Source of the DNA: a virus
Lineage: Duplodnaviria; Caudoviricetes
Virus record (IMG/VR): IMGVR_UViG_3300028610_002065
Location: 8,182-72,181 of that record
Length of the DNA stretch: 64,000 nucleotides
Direction: 5' to 3' (one strand)
Shown: positions 1 through 9,982 of the stretch, one piece after another
Layout of the letters: each line of letters opens with the position of its first letter
How positions within the stretch are numbered: the stretch's first letter is position 1
Position numbers and translations under genes: made by a program
The notes under the pieces: model-generated
Told to the model about the DNA's origin: nothing
Database searches by the model: none
Seen by the model: the letters and a program-made list of their open reading frames with translations, nothing else

Positions 1-787
1 TGATCTTGTGATAAAATGGCCATCTATATGATGCTCCATTTAAAGTTCTTGGAACTGCAAGACATAGTAATGCACATAATGGACCAGCTATATATTGAAG
101 AGTTGAAGTTTTATTTCCAGGATTGGGATTGTATAATCTAATAGTTGCAGAATATGATGGAGAGTATCCACTATTAGACCATATCTGTGGAAAGTCAATT
201 CTATGCCCAGCAAGCATTTTATTAATTAGACCCATACCCCCGCCTAAAGTTCTTCCAATAGTACTAGTACTACCTTCAAGATTTTCTTTCATTTTCCTTA
301 ATCCGGCTGCTCCTTTTATGGCCATCTCTCCAGCACCTCTCACTATAGAACCCATACCGCCTTCCATTCCTTCTGCAGCTTGTTGTGCAATTTGTCCATA
401 AGAGGTAACAGCTTTAAGAGCATCAGCCTGACCGGACATTTGAATTATTTGGCTTAAGCCACCAGATGCAACATCAGTAAATTTTTGTAAGAATGTCTCT
501 GTGTATTCATTAGTAAATGTATCAGTTGGAAAGTTATCTGCAATGAAAGCAAATTTTAAAGGTTTGCCAATATCCTCTACTGAAAAACCATGGTTGCTTA
601 ATATTCTTGTGTATTCATCCCATCCCCTTAATGTGTTAATAGTAAACAATGTAAGTCCTAAACTAAAATTTGGTTCACCAGGAGTAATCTCTAACACAGG
701 CATGGAGTTTGCTATCATTTCATGATTTACATGTGCTGGCGGCGGAAGCCCAAAAACTCCCATATATGGTTTTAAAGATAATGACAT
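1..787 (-). CDS. Putative baseplate/tail-tube initiator-like structural protein (partial, runs off window edge)
   Basis: Read by hand, absent from the ORF track: ATG at 787 after a GGAGG RBS, open to base 1 (MSLSLKPYMGVFGLPPP...YSPSYSATIRLYNPNP...RWPFYHKI). Follows the tape measure gene. Function inferred from position. Confidence 0.45.
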   Translation of the reverse strand, partial: MSLSLKPYMGVFGLPPPAHVNHEMIANSMPVLEITPGEPNFSLGLTLFTINTLRGWDEYTRILSNHGFSVEDIGKPLKFAFIADNFPTDTFTNEYTETFLQKFTDVASGGLSQIIQMSGQADALKAVTSYGQIAQQAAEGMEGGMGSIVRGAGEMAIKGAAGLRKMKENLEGSTSTIGRTLGGGMGLINKMLAGHRIDFPQIWSNSGYSPSYSATIRLYNPNPGNKTSTLQYIAGPLCALLCLAVPRTLNGASYRWPFYHKI

Positions 788-799
788 ATAATCCTCCTA

Positions 800-3700
800 T
801 TAATTCAAAACACTATACGTTACATCATTTGCAGCGTTTGCTCCAGATCCCCAGAAATCTCTAACTATACCACCTCCACCTCCACCTCCACCAGAAGCAG
901 TGTTGCTTGTATTATTAGTTATAGTATTGTTTAACATTGTTGTATTGCCAATTGCAACTTTATTTGACTTGTCAGCTGTTTCATCTAATTTATCAGACAT
1001 TGTTTCGGCCATATTTTGAAGATGAGCTGCTGCTGCTTTTCTTTCAGATAACTCTTTTTGTACTGGGATGTTGAGAGTTTTTCCCGCTAAATCTACTTGT
1101 TTGATTTCTTGTGGCATCCCTCCTGCTCTAAGTTTTACCTTATACCACTTTCCATCAATTTGAGCTTTTACTAGTTTTCCTTCTTTGTTCCATTCTCCTG
1201 CGGTAGCTTTTAAAAGTTTAAGTGCATATTCTCCGCCTTCTTCTTGAAATTTTTCTATTTGCTCAGGTGTGAGACCTTTCTTTTTAATAAGACCAGCACC
1301 ACCCGCTGTTTCGAATCCACCTGGGATAGTCTTGGGTGCTTCAGGTTTCCAACCAGCTGCTCTCCTCTCTGCAAAAGTACCTTCATGAATCTCTTTTAAA
1401 CCTTTTAAGAATTTTCCTATGAATGGTAAGTCCTTTATTTTCTTAATAACTGAATTAATCCATTCTGTTACACCGCTAACAACTTTACCAAACATGTCTC
1501 CAATGAAACCAACAGCATTACCAACCCATGTAAATGGTTTTGTAAATGTATCCCACATTAGCGTTACAGTTTTTCCGTACCAAGTACTTTTATATTCCTC
1601 TAGTTTTTCTTTAACTTTTTCCCAAGCATTTGCTACAGTATTTTTAATAATTCCATATCCCTTTTTCATTGCCCAAATAAACATTAGGGGTGGAAATACA
1701 ATTTTTGGAGCCCAGAACTTAATCTGTGCCCAAACCTTTTTCCCAGTTGGGTGTTCAGTTAAATAGAATTTAACTAATTGAACCATTTCTCTTATGAACT
1801 TAAATGGAAATGAAACAACTGCCCACCATGCTTTGGCATATCCTTTTATTGGTGCTGTAATAGCGCTGATAGCTTTGGATATTTTATGACCTCCAACGAA
1901 TCCTAAGAGTGCTCCTGCTGCAGCTCCAATGGCACCACCAATTAATACTCCAATGGGTCCTCCAATTAAACCAATTGCTGCTCCGATGCCTCCCAATTTC
2001 ATAGCACCAGATAATGCACCAGCTGCTCCAGTCTCTTTTCCTCCTAAGAAACCTGCAATACCTCTAGTAATCCATCCCCCTACAAAACCTTCTGGAGATT
2101 CTCCTGCCCGTATTGCTGCAAGCATATCCCAAATACCCATTGCACCACCCACAACTCCACCCACTACAGCTCCACCTACTCCTGCTGCAACTTTTCCAGC
2201 GCCTAAAGCTACACGCCCAACTAATCCCGCTCCTGTTTTAGCTGCTCCTTTAGCAGCAAATTTCGCAGCAGCTACCCCACCTGCTGTTTTTCCAACCGCT
2301 GCTGTTTTACCAGCAAACTTACCAAGACCTTTTGCTCCTTTTTTCAGTCCTTCTCCAGCAGTTTTTATGAATCCTTTTCCACCTGTTTTAAATAGTCCTC
2401 TTAATCCAAGAGCAGTTAATAATGGAGATAAAATATTTCCAAGCAGATTTACGCCTACGTTAATAGCACTCTGAAACATATTGAAGCCAAACATGAGAAG
2501 TTTCCAACCCATACCACTAAGTCTTTTTAATCTTTTTGTCATTCGTCCTAAGAATGATAGTTGAGCTTCATTTGCTTTTCTGCTTTTTCTAACTTCTATA
2601 TATGATTCTACTGCAGTTTTAGTTTGTTTCCATCCCTGTTTAGCTGTCTCTTTTGCTTTTCCAAATGTCATTCCTACATATTCAACCCAACTTGGAGACT
2701 TTGGTTTTTCTCTATCTTCTTGTAACTCTTTTAATTTTCTGATTGCTTTAATATCACCAAAAAAGTCTTTCGTTTTTTCTGTACCTGCTTCTGCTGCTTC
2801 TTTGCCTTTCATTACTAATCCGGTTGCAGATACTTTTGCTGCTTCTCCTGCTTCTTTAGCTAAACCAAAAACAGATTTAAATCCACCTTCTTTTTTAAAG
2901 TTTTCTATTTCATCTTCTTCCAATCCCAAAAACCCAAGAAATCTATCATATATATCTTCTTTAATTCCTTCTCCTACTTTACCTTTTTTCTTACCGCCAG
3001 CTAAGAATCCTTTTACTTTTTGGAACATTGTATATCTATCCATTATAGGAGCTGTTGGTTCATAACCAGCAGCCACTGTTGCGGATACTCTTGTGTATTT
3101 AGCAATAGCATCTAGTTTTGGCATCATCATTGTATATGTAACACCAAGCATATTTGCTATTTTTAGAAAGACATTATCGGTTGCAGTTGCTCTCTTAACG
3201 TCTGATAAATATCCACCTCTAGCACCAAAGAGCCATTTAATAGGAGCACCAAGAACTGCTTTGAAACCTTCAGCGAATAATAACATTCCTCTAAAGGCGG
3301 GATTCTCAAGAAGGGTTCGTTGCCATGCAATTCTTAATCTTGATGTAGTACCAATGAAAGCTACCTTCAATTCTAGAAGAGCCTTTAACATTCTATCTTG
3401 CCATGCTCGTTCACTTGCACTACCACCCTTCTTAAACTCTTTTACAAATGTTTTAAAGAAAGTTTTTTGCTGTTCTTGAGTTGTTTCAACAATTTGTTTT
3501 ACTAACGAATCAACAGGGGCAATTACTTCTGCTGCATGAACTTGAACAACACCACCTTTTTTAACGTACCCTCCTGTCTGTAATTGCGGAGGTTTAGCTT
3601 GTAACTCTTTTTTCAGACTTGCAACTTCAGATGATAATGCTCCAAGTTCTCTTTCCTTTCCTGATACTTTTTCGCTGACTGATTTTTTTCCTCTGAATAT

Positions 3701-4267
3701 ATTAGATATCGAACTACCTGCACCACGCAAACCTGCAAGCATTGCTGCGCCAACACCTTGTCTTATCTTAGATATGGCTCCACGGAATACATCTGTTTCC
3801 ATAAACTTGGCAGCGAAATATCCAAAAATAGGAGTAGCTCTAGAAAGAGCCATCGCAATAGTATTGGTTTTGTTAATATGTATATCTTGTCCAATAGCTT
3901 TACCATATTGTGATATAGCATCTGCACTAGCTTGAGCAGTTGATATTGAGATGTTTTTCATTCCGATTGACATCTGCTTTATTGTACTACCTAGATTGTT
4001 GACTATTTTTCCATAACCTGAGGCAACATCAGCACTAATTTCATCTCTTGCATATTGTAGCTCTTTTCTTAAATCTTGTTGTTGCTGAATAATCGAACCG
4101 ACTTCACTTCCAACTTGTCTTCTTTTCTTTGTTTCTTCTTGAAGTAAACTATTAACCTGTTTGTGAAGACTATTGATTCTTCTTGCTCTATCACTAGCAA
4201 CCCGTTGAGAACTGCTAGCAAGAAGATCTGTTGCGGGTTTAAGTCGTTCTGGATCTTTATCTGGCAT
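800..4267 (-). CDS. Tail tape measure protein
   Basis: 1155 aa, Ala/Gly-rich helical protein with GAAIG/GGAIG hydrophobic repeats and Trp-spaced segments, in a terminase/baseplate block. Confidence 0.75.
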   Translation of the reverse strand: MPDKDPERLKPATDLLASSSQRVASDRARRINSLHKQVNSLLQEETKKRRQVGSEVGSIIQQQQDLRKELQYARDEISADVASGYGKIVNNLGSTIKQMSIGMKNISISTAQASADAISQYGKAIGQDIHINKTNTIAMALSRATPIFGYFAAKFMETDVFRGAISKIRQGVGAAMLAGLRGAGSSISNIFRGKKSVSEKVSGKERELGALSSEVASLKKELQAKPPQLQTGGYVKKGGVVQVHAAEVIAPVDSLVKQIVETTQEQQKTFFKTFVKEFKKGGSASERAWQDRMLKALLELKVAFIGTTSRLRIAWQRTLLENPAFRGMLLFAEGFKAVLGAPIKWLFGARGGYLSDVKRATATDNVFLKIANMLGVTYTMMMPKLDAIAKYTRVSATVAAGYEPTAPIMDRYTMFQKVKGFLAGGKKKGKVGEGIKEDIYDRFLGFLGLEEDEIENFKKEGGFKSVFGLAKEAGEAAKVSATGLVMKGKEAAEAGTEKTKDFFGDIKAIRKLKELQEDREKPKSPSWVEYVGMTFGKAKETAKQGWKQTKTAVESYIEVRKSRKANEAQLSFLGRMTKRLKRLSGMGWKLLMFGFNMFQSAINVGVNLLGNILSPLLTALGLRGLFKTGGKGFIKTAGEGLKKGAKGLGKFAGKTAAVGKTAGGVAAAKFAAKGAAKTGAGLVGRVALGAGKVAAGVGGAVVGGVVGGAMGIWDMLAAIRAGESPEGFVGGWITRGIAGFLGGKETGAAGALSGAMKLGGIGAAIGLIGGPIGVLIGGAIGAAAGALLGFVGGHKISKAISAITAPIKGYAKAWWAVVSFPFKFIREMVQLVKFYLTEHPTGKKVWAQIKFWAPKIVFPPLMFIWAMKKGYGIIKNTVANAWEKVKEKLEEYKSTWYGKTVTLMWDTFTKPFTWVGNAVGFIGDMFGKVVSGVTEWINSVIKKIKDLPFIGKFLKGLKEIHEGTFAERRAAGWKPEAPKTIPGGFETAGGAGLIKKKGLTPEQIEKFQEEGGEYALKLLKATAGEWNKEGKLVKAQIDGKWYKVKLRAGGMPQEIKQVDLAGKTLNIPVQKELSERKAAAAHLQNMAETMSDKLDETADKSNKVAIGNTTMLNNTITNNTSNTASGGGGGGGGIVRDFWGSGANAANDVTYSVLN

Positions 4268-4278
4268 TTATAAATCTC

Positions 4279-5166
4279 CTAAATTCTTCCAATTGCCTTT
4301 AGTGCTTTATTTCCATACCTCATATCCTCAGAAGCTATACAAATAACTTCAGATGGATATATGAGTTCTTGAATACAAATAGTAGTTAAATTTCTCATTG
4401 AAAATGCGTCATTGTAAGCATGATACATTGGAGCAATTATATGTTTATATTTTCCTCTAGATTGAAAAAATTTATCTATACTTGTTGTAAATATTTTTAT
4501 AAGGACCATATAGTCAGTTAACATATTGCTGAATTTATCTTCATTTATAGTACTAAGAGGTCTTAGCTCTTTATTTAGTAAAGCGTTATATTTCATAATA
4601 CTACTATTAGAAAAAACTTTTGAATTCTCAATTTCCAGAAAAATAAATCTTACTATTTTTTCAGCTGTCTTATCAGGTATTTCATTTATGCTAAAAATTC
4701 TTTGCCATAGATGTTTGTAATAGCTTATTAATTCAGTTTTAAACATAGTTAAAAACAAAGCTTTTTTCTCATTAGCAAACATATGCATAAGTTCATGGAT
4801 AGTCAGTTTTCCTAAGAAATTATTTCCAACAAATGAAAATACATTCGCATTATTACTCATTAAAATATAAACTTTTCCATGACCTTTATCATAGAACCCA
4901 AGTATAGATTGGCCGCTTACTGGAGCAAAGATTTTCCATGCAACAAATCCTCCAAAACCTCTGGTTAAGAAGCATGGGATTATCTTCCTTTTTTCAAGCA
5001 AGTTTTCAAATTTTGAGTAAGCTGCTTTTGTTCTTCCACATTTATCAATTGCTTTTAAGTATTGAGTATTCAGAAGGTTGGAACCGAATAGTGGATTCCC
5101 ATCTATTTTAGCGACTGGTCGTAAACCTACAGGAGGAACAAATACTTCAGTTAACTGGTCGTTCAT
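4279..5166 (-). CDS. Hypothetical protein with HExxH zincin-like motif
   Basis: 295 aa; GFYD...IHELMHMF motif; lies between terminase and tape measure genes. Confidence 0.5.
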   Translation of the reverse strand: MNDQLTEVFVPPVGLRPVAKIDGNPLFGSNLLNTQYLKAIDKCGRTKAAYSKFENLLEKRKIIPCFLTRGFGGFVAWKIFAPVSGQSILGFYDKGHGKVYILMSNNANVFSFVGNNFLGKLTIHELMHMFANEKKALFLTMFKTELISYYKHLWQRIFSINEIPDKTAEKIVRFIFLEIENSKVFSNSSIMKYNALLNKELRPLSTINEDKFSNMLTDYMVLIKIFTTSIDKFFQSRGKYKHIIAPMYHAYNDAFSMRNLTTICIQELIYPSEVICIASEDMRYGNKALKAIGRI

Positions 5167-5174
5167 AACATCTC

Positions 5175-6857
5175 CTATTTTTTATTATATAAACTCAGAA
5201 CATCTACAAATCCAGCATGATCTTGAATATTCTCTTTAATTGATGCCATAATTGATTCATTAGTTAAGTCGCCTGGCCCGTCCATATTTTTAGAAAGAAT
5301 ATCTGCCATTTCCATTTGAACAGATGAAAACTCTGCTGTTCCAACTAACATTGGTGGGTCATATTTTCTTACATACATAACACATGAAGTTGCTAATGCT
5401 AAGTCGTCTCGACATCCAATATCAGCTTCAACTTTACCATTTGGTTTTGTTACTAAACCTGTTAACTCTAAAGCTAATCTTTCTGATTTAATAACTTCAG
5501 GGAACTGTGTTACATATGAATACAAGGCATCAATCATTAATGGTCTTGTTTTTGTATTGGTCGATAGACCAGGCAACCAAGTCTTTTCTCCTCTTCTTTC
5601 TTTGTAAATCATTGTAGCAAATTCACTATGATATAATTGTTCAACAACTTGGTTTCCATATGAGTTTGATTCTATTACAACTAAACCTGGATATTGAGTA
5701 GCTAATACTTTCACAACCTTAACGAAATCAAGGACTTTGCATTTGCCTTGATATTCAGCTACTTGCTCCATTGTTTCATAGTCCCAAACTGTAATTGCTG
5801 ATTTATCGTTACCATGTTCTGGAGCTGTATCGACACCCATTATATAATATCTGCCTGGTAAATTGTTTGCGAATTTCCAAATTTCTCCATTATAAATTCT
5901 TAATTTTTCAATTGGTTCTCTTGCAGAATTTTGAACTTTTTCAACTGTTTCAGGTTCAAAGAATGATCCTTCTGCCGGTAAGAATTTTAGCTCTAATTCC
6001 TGAGCAATTTTTCTCATATCATTATCAAATAGCAGACATTGAGTTTTATACCAATCTGGATCGTTGGCTAACTCTTCAATTTGTTTCCAGTGAATAACGA
6101 ATGGTTCAAAAATATCATCTCTAGATACTGCTCTTTGGTATCTTTCAAAATACCATTTACCAACACCAATGGTTTTATTTGGAGTTGATAGAACAACAGT
6201 TCCATATGGGACTTTTGCTTTTTTAGCATGCATCTGATTAGTTGATAAAGTAGGAACCATTGAAGTCCATGCTGTATCAACATGATGAATAAATGCTGCC
6301 TCATCAATAACGAGAAATGTAATCGCCTTACCACGAAGCGTTTTCTCAGGAGCATTTGGATTAACAGGTGTAGCATATACCTTACTACCGTTTGTAAGAA
6401 TAAATGATTGTTCTGTCCTTTTTGCAAATCCTCTACCAAGAGGTCCTTTTGGCGGCTTCATCCATTCTGGCAGTTTTTCAATCATTCCCCTTATTGCTCT
6501 AGCAAAGTCTGTTGCTTCTTTTCCATCTTTAGAAATAATACCAACAACTGCATTATCAAAGAAAATCGTTAACCAGGCAGAGTATGCTTGAATAATTGTT
6601 GAAATACCAATTTGTCTGCTCTTCAATACCAGGACGTATCTTCTTTCCTCAACAAGTTCAATCAATTCAATCTGTTTCTTATAAGGTTGTAAAAATACAT
6701 CTTTCCCTGGTATTTCAATCAGAATATATTTCTTACAAAAATATTCAAACGTATTTTTGCATCTGAGATATTCAGTTATAAACTCATTGGCTATAACGCC
6801 AACATCGTCTGGTATAACTTGAATCTCTTCTTCATGACTTACTGCTAATTGTTGCAT
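5175..6857 (-). CDS. terL: Terminase large subunit (T4 gp17-like)
   Basis: VLKSRQIGIST Walker A, LVIDEAAF Walker B, RNase H-like nuclease motifs GVDTA..G.DKS, VIESN, DDLALA. Confidence 0.93.
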   Translation of the reverse strand: MQQLAVSHEEEIQVIPDDVGVIANEFITEYLRCKNTFEYFCKKYILIEIPGKDVFLQPYKKQIELIELVEERRYVLVLKSRQIGISTIIQAYSAWLTIFFDNAVVGIISKDGKEATDFARAIRGMIEKLPEWMKPPKGPLGRGFAKRTEQSFILTNGSKVYATPVNPNAPEKTLRGKAITFLVIDEAAFIHHVDTAWTSMVPTLSTNQMHAKKAKVPYGTVVLSTPNKTIGVGKWYFERYQRAVSRDDIFEPFVIHWKQIEELANDPDWYKTQCLLFDNDMRKIAQELELKFLPAEGSFFEPETVEKVQNSAREPIEKLRIYNGEIWKFANNLPGRYYIMGVDTAPEHGNDKSAITVWDYETMEQVAEYQGKCKVLDFVKVVKVLATQYPGLVVIESNSYGNQVVEQLYHSEFATMIYKERRGEKTWLPGLSTNTKTRPLMIDALYSYVTQFPEVIKSERLALELTGLVTKPNGKVEADIGCRDDLALATSCVMYVRKYDPPMLVGTAEFSSVQMEMADILSKNMDGPGDLTNESIMASIKENIQDHAGFVDVLSLYNKK

Positions 6858-6879
6858 AATATACCTTTAGTATTTGTTC

Positions 6880-8571
6880 TTAAGATCTATTAGTAGCAAG
6901 GAACTCATTTCTACGTTCTAATCGGTTTATTTCTTTAAGACGAAGATTCACTTCTACTCTTGAACAACCAGGCTGACTTATACCAAGTAGAGCATTTTCG
7001 CATTTTTCATTTTGAGCATCAAGAGCTCTTATTGTTTTCATATTTTCTCTAATTTCGACTCTGACTTCTTGGGATACTTCTTGAAATGGTTTTACTGGTG
7101 TTTGTGTTGTTTGTGTTACCACTTCCACACTGGTTTTAGCTGCTTCCTTCGCTGTTTCAATTACACTATCTACTGTTGCTCCATAAGTTAGATCAGCAAT
7201 TTTTTGAGCATTTCTTTCTGTTGCAGCTTTTTCAGGTAGTACAGATGCATCTGCTTTTGGTTTAGCTACATCACCTGCACGTTTGTTTGTTCTCATAAGT
7301 TTAACTTGGGCGGTTGTCTGCCAATTGTTTTGTCTTCTAAACCATATGTCTGTACTCCATAATATGTACTTCCCTTCTAAATCTGCATACTCAATAGTTT
7401 TTGGTTTAAATTTTACACATTCTCCAACTTTAATGAGATTTAAAACTGGTAGGTTTCTTTCAAGATCAATTGTTAAAGTTGATAAATCAGCTGTTCTTCT
7501 AGAAATTCTTGAGTTAAAAATAGTTTCATTTTTTTCATCCCCAGTATCTTGAATAAAATATCTTGTTCTTAATGCTGCAGAATCCACATCAATATTTTTA
7601 TTCTTATATATGAGACTATATTTTCCAGCTATATCTTTTAAATCTTGAGTAATTGTTTGTGATAGTGTATCTTTTGGTTTAATTATATGATTAATAGTTG
7701 ACCCTATTTTAGCAAATTTTGCATTACCGGCATAATCTGTATCAACTGTAGCATATGTATAGAAAGTGTTATCCTTCGAAACTTCATCTAATATTAAATC
7801 CCATATATTAATATCCATATCAGTTGCTATTTGATAAATTATAAAAGCTGGATTCTTTTGCATTTTAGCTGTCAAGTTTTTTATTTGTAATGTTTTGTCA
7901 TATTGACAAAAGACTGCTGGTACTCCATCAAAAAGACCAAATCTTTGATCTAGAAAACCGTCAAATGGATTTATAGCTGCTGAGTTATATTCCTTTATTA
8001 CTTTATAGAAAGTTGTTGGCGGAATACAAACTTGATCAATTGTATTCGAGTTTTGACCGTCTGAATCAAATTCTACTTTTGAAGCTCCTGCTGCTGAAGC
8101 AAGTGTGTTTATCATAGAGTTTAAATTGGTACCTAAGAAAACATCATTTACAACGGAGTTCATTATTTTATATGAATCTCTTACAACTGTATTAACTGTA
8201 TAATATCCCCTTTCTTTTTGTTTATTTTCACCCGTAGATATCTGATCTTTTTCATTTAACTGAAACTTTCCTTTTGTAAACATTAGATCTAGATCTATTC
8301 TTTCTCCTGGATACTGTTCTTCTCTTAATAAAGTTATTGCTAGTTTTATTGACGACCCACCGTACAACTGTTGAAGTATAATATCATTTGGATCTAATTC
8401 AAAAACTATGTCTACTGATTGGTATGCTGTTGTAAGGGATGAAATGAAACGAACCACGATTATATCTTGGGTGTAATCTAAATCATCAATGGTTATTTTC
8501 AAATCATAAGATCGAGTTGGGACAAATGTTCGGCCACCCTTATCTACATTTGGTGTTAGTTTTTCTGGCAT
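6880..8571 (-). CDS. Putative virion structural protein (baseplate hub-like)
   Basis: 563 aa, beta-rich; C-terminal GKYILWSTDIWF..WQTTAQVKL resembles ends of hub/gpD-like proteins; first gene after a terminator in the late block. Confidence 0.4.
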   Translation of the reverse strand: MPEKLTPNVDKGGRTFVPTRSYDLKITIDDLDYTQDIIVVRFISSLTTAYQSVDIVFELDPNDIILQQLYGGSSIKLAITLLREEQYPGERIDLDLMFTKGKFQLNEKDQISTGENKQKERGYYTVNTVVRDSYKIMNSVVNDVFLGTNLNSMINTLASAAGASKVEFDSDGQNSNTIDQVCIPPTTFYKVIKEYNSAAINPFDGFLDQRFGLFDGVPAVFCQYDKTLQIKNLTAKMQKNPAFIIYQIATDMDINIWDLILDEVSKDNTFYTYATVDTDYAGNAKFAKIGSTINHIIKPKDTLSQTITQDLKDIAGKYSLIYKNKNIDVDSAALRTRYFIQDTGDEKNETIFNSRISRRTADLSTLTIDLERNLPVLNLIKVGECVKFKPKTIEYADLEGKYILWSTDIWFRRQNNWQTTAQVKLMRTNKRAGDVAKPKADASVLPEKAATERNAQKIADLTYGATVDSVIETAKEAAKTSVEVVTQTTQTPVKPFQEVSQEVRVEIRENMKTIRALDAQNEKCENALLGISQPGCSRVEVNLRLKEINRLERRNEFLATNRS

Positions 8572-8590
8572 ATTTTAGATCCTCTTTTAT

Positions 8591-8599
8591 ATTTTGTTC
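8591..8599 (-). promoter_or_regulatory. Candidate late promoter motif GAACAAAAT
   Basis: Identical 9-mer at 61466-61474 and GAACAAAT at 6872-6879; each lies shortly upstream of a start codon in a putative late block. Confidence 0.4.
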
Positions 8600-8600
8600 C

Positions 8601-8646
8601 AAAAAAATGAGCGGGTTTGAAAGGAGCTGAAAGCACCCGCCCATTT
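8601..8646 (-). terminator. Rho-independent terminator-like hairpin with 18-nt loop and U7 tail
   Basis: Minus strand ATGGGCGGGT / ACCCGCTCAT followed by TTTTTT, between the DUF932-like gene and the late block. Confidence 0.7.
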
Positions 8647-8655
8647 AGAACCAGG

Positions 8656-9582
8656 TCAATTAGAACTTAACTGGCTCAAGACCTGGTGCATTCTAGTTGG
8701 GATTACAAGAACGCTTTCTGCAATATTTTCAAGCATCTTCTTTACATTCAGATTCTGCTCAAAACTTGTATATCTAACGATGGCTAAAAAGACTTGCCAT
8801 GCTGTTGGAGATCGACCTTGCTCTACCATATCATCGAGCATATCAGATATTTGTTCTCTTCTTCTTTTTCCGAATGATTCAATAACTTCAAGTAATGCCA
8901 TCATATCATCTTCACTGACTTGTTTTTGAAAGCTTCCATTGACCATTTCGATAATATCTTCATCAAAAACTTCCATATATGTGTTGACGGCTGAAGAAAG
9001 ACTTGTGGTTGATGTTTCAATATGGACTTGGCGAATCTCACCTAAAGTAAATGCAAATGTCATAACTCCTCGTTCGTTTAAATTTGTACCGATACCGAAC
9101 GCTAATGATGCTGCTCTGGTTCCGTTATAGCTGTTATTGACAATCATAATAGGAAAAACATCGGCGATGTCTGGAATACTGTGACTGCTTTGAATGGCTA
9201 TCTCATTTCTCATTCGGGCATAGTTGGAGTCAAACATTGCAGTTTCTCTGACAATGGGAACACCAACCTCACCAATTGAAGTTCGGATTCTGTCCATCAA
9301 TGCTCCATTGCCCACAAACTTATACATGTGAGAAACATACCCACAGTATTCATATCCTAAGGAGTCAGGACCTTTTGTGAAGATTCCAAGTAGAGGAACA
9401 CTTATAGAATCTGTTTGATGCTCTGGTACTAAATCTCTACTATCATCACCGCCGTATGTTATCTGTGGTAATAATTGTCTATATATAACTTCACAGTATT
9501 GATCTATATAGGAATAGAGTCCTTTATAATACTTAGTAACGTCTAAACCCATTTCTAATGCTCGTTCACTAAAAGGTGTCAT
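8656..9582 (-). CDS. DUF932/DUF945-like protein
   Basis: VS..YKFVGN...L and IMIVNNSYNGT..A motifs resemble the family NSYDG signature. Confidence 0.55.
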   Translation of the reverse strand: MTPFSERALEMGLDVTKYYKGLYSYIDQYCEVIYRQLLPQITYGGDDSRDLVPEHQTDSISVPLLGIFTKGPDSLGYEYCGYVSHMYKFVGNGALMDRIRTSIGEVGVPIVRETAMFDSNYARMRNEIAIQSSHSIPDIADVFPIMIVNNSYNGTRAASLAFGIGTNLNERGVMTFAFTLGEIRQVHIETSTTSLSSAVNTYMEVFDEDIIEMVNGSFQKQVSEDDMMALLEVIESFGKRRREQISDMLDDMVEQGRSPTAWQVFLAIVRYTSFEQNLNVKKMLENIAESVLVIPTRMHQVLSQLSSN

Positions 9583-9980
9583 TATGCACCATCCTTTACA
9601 ATTTTATTTATTGCTCCTTTCAGTCTCCATCTCATTCCTTCTTGAAATACTTTCATTCGTCCATCAAAAATATGTTCCACTAATATTCTAGTTAATATAT
9701 TTATGAGTTCTTTTGTGGAAACGTTTCCTGTTTTACCGGACGAACGATTTTTAGCAACATGAACACCATCTCTACGATCAACGAAAATAACAAAGTTGGC
9801 TCTATGCATACGTTCTGTAAGAGTTGGATGTTTGATTCGAATTACTCTTGCTCCTGTTCCACCTCCTCCTCCACTTGGAGAACATCCATCTATTGATATT
9901 TTCGAATGAAACTTCTTTTTCATCATTGAGTCAAATACTCTCGGATCGATTAAATCTAATTCTCCTGCTATTGGTGCCAT
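9582..9980 (-). CDS. Hypothetical protein
   Basis: 132 aa, GGAG RBS, TAATG overlap with next gene. Confidence 0.6.
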   Translation of the reverse strand: MAPIAGELDLIDPRVFDSMMKKKFHSKISIDGCSPSGGGGGTGARVIRIKHPTLTERMHRANFVIFVDRRDGVHVAKNRSSGKTGNVSTKELINILTRILVEHIFDGRMKVFQEGMRWRLKGAINKIVKDGA

Positions 9981-9982
9981 GG

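Noticed and set aside
1929-2474. GC-rich repetitive stretch (CCACC/GCTCC repeats)
   Set aside because: Explained by Gly/Ala-rich coding in the tape measure gene.
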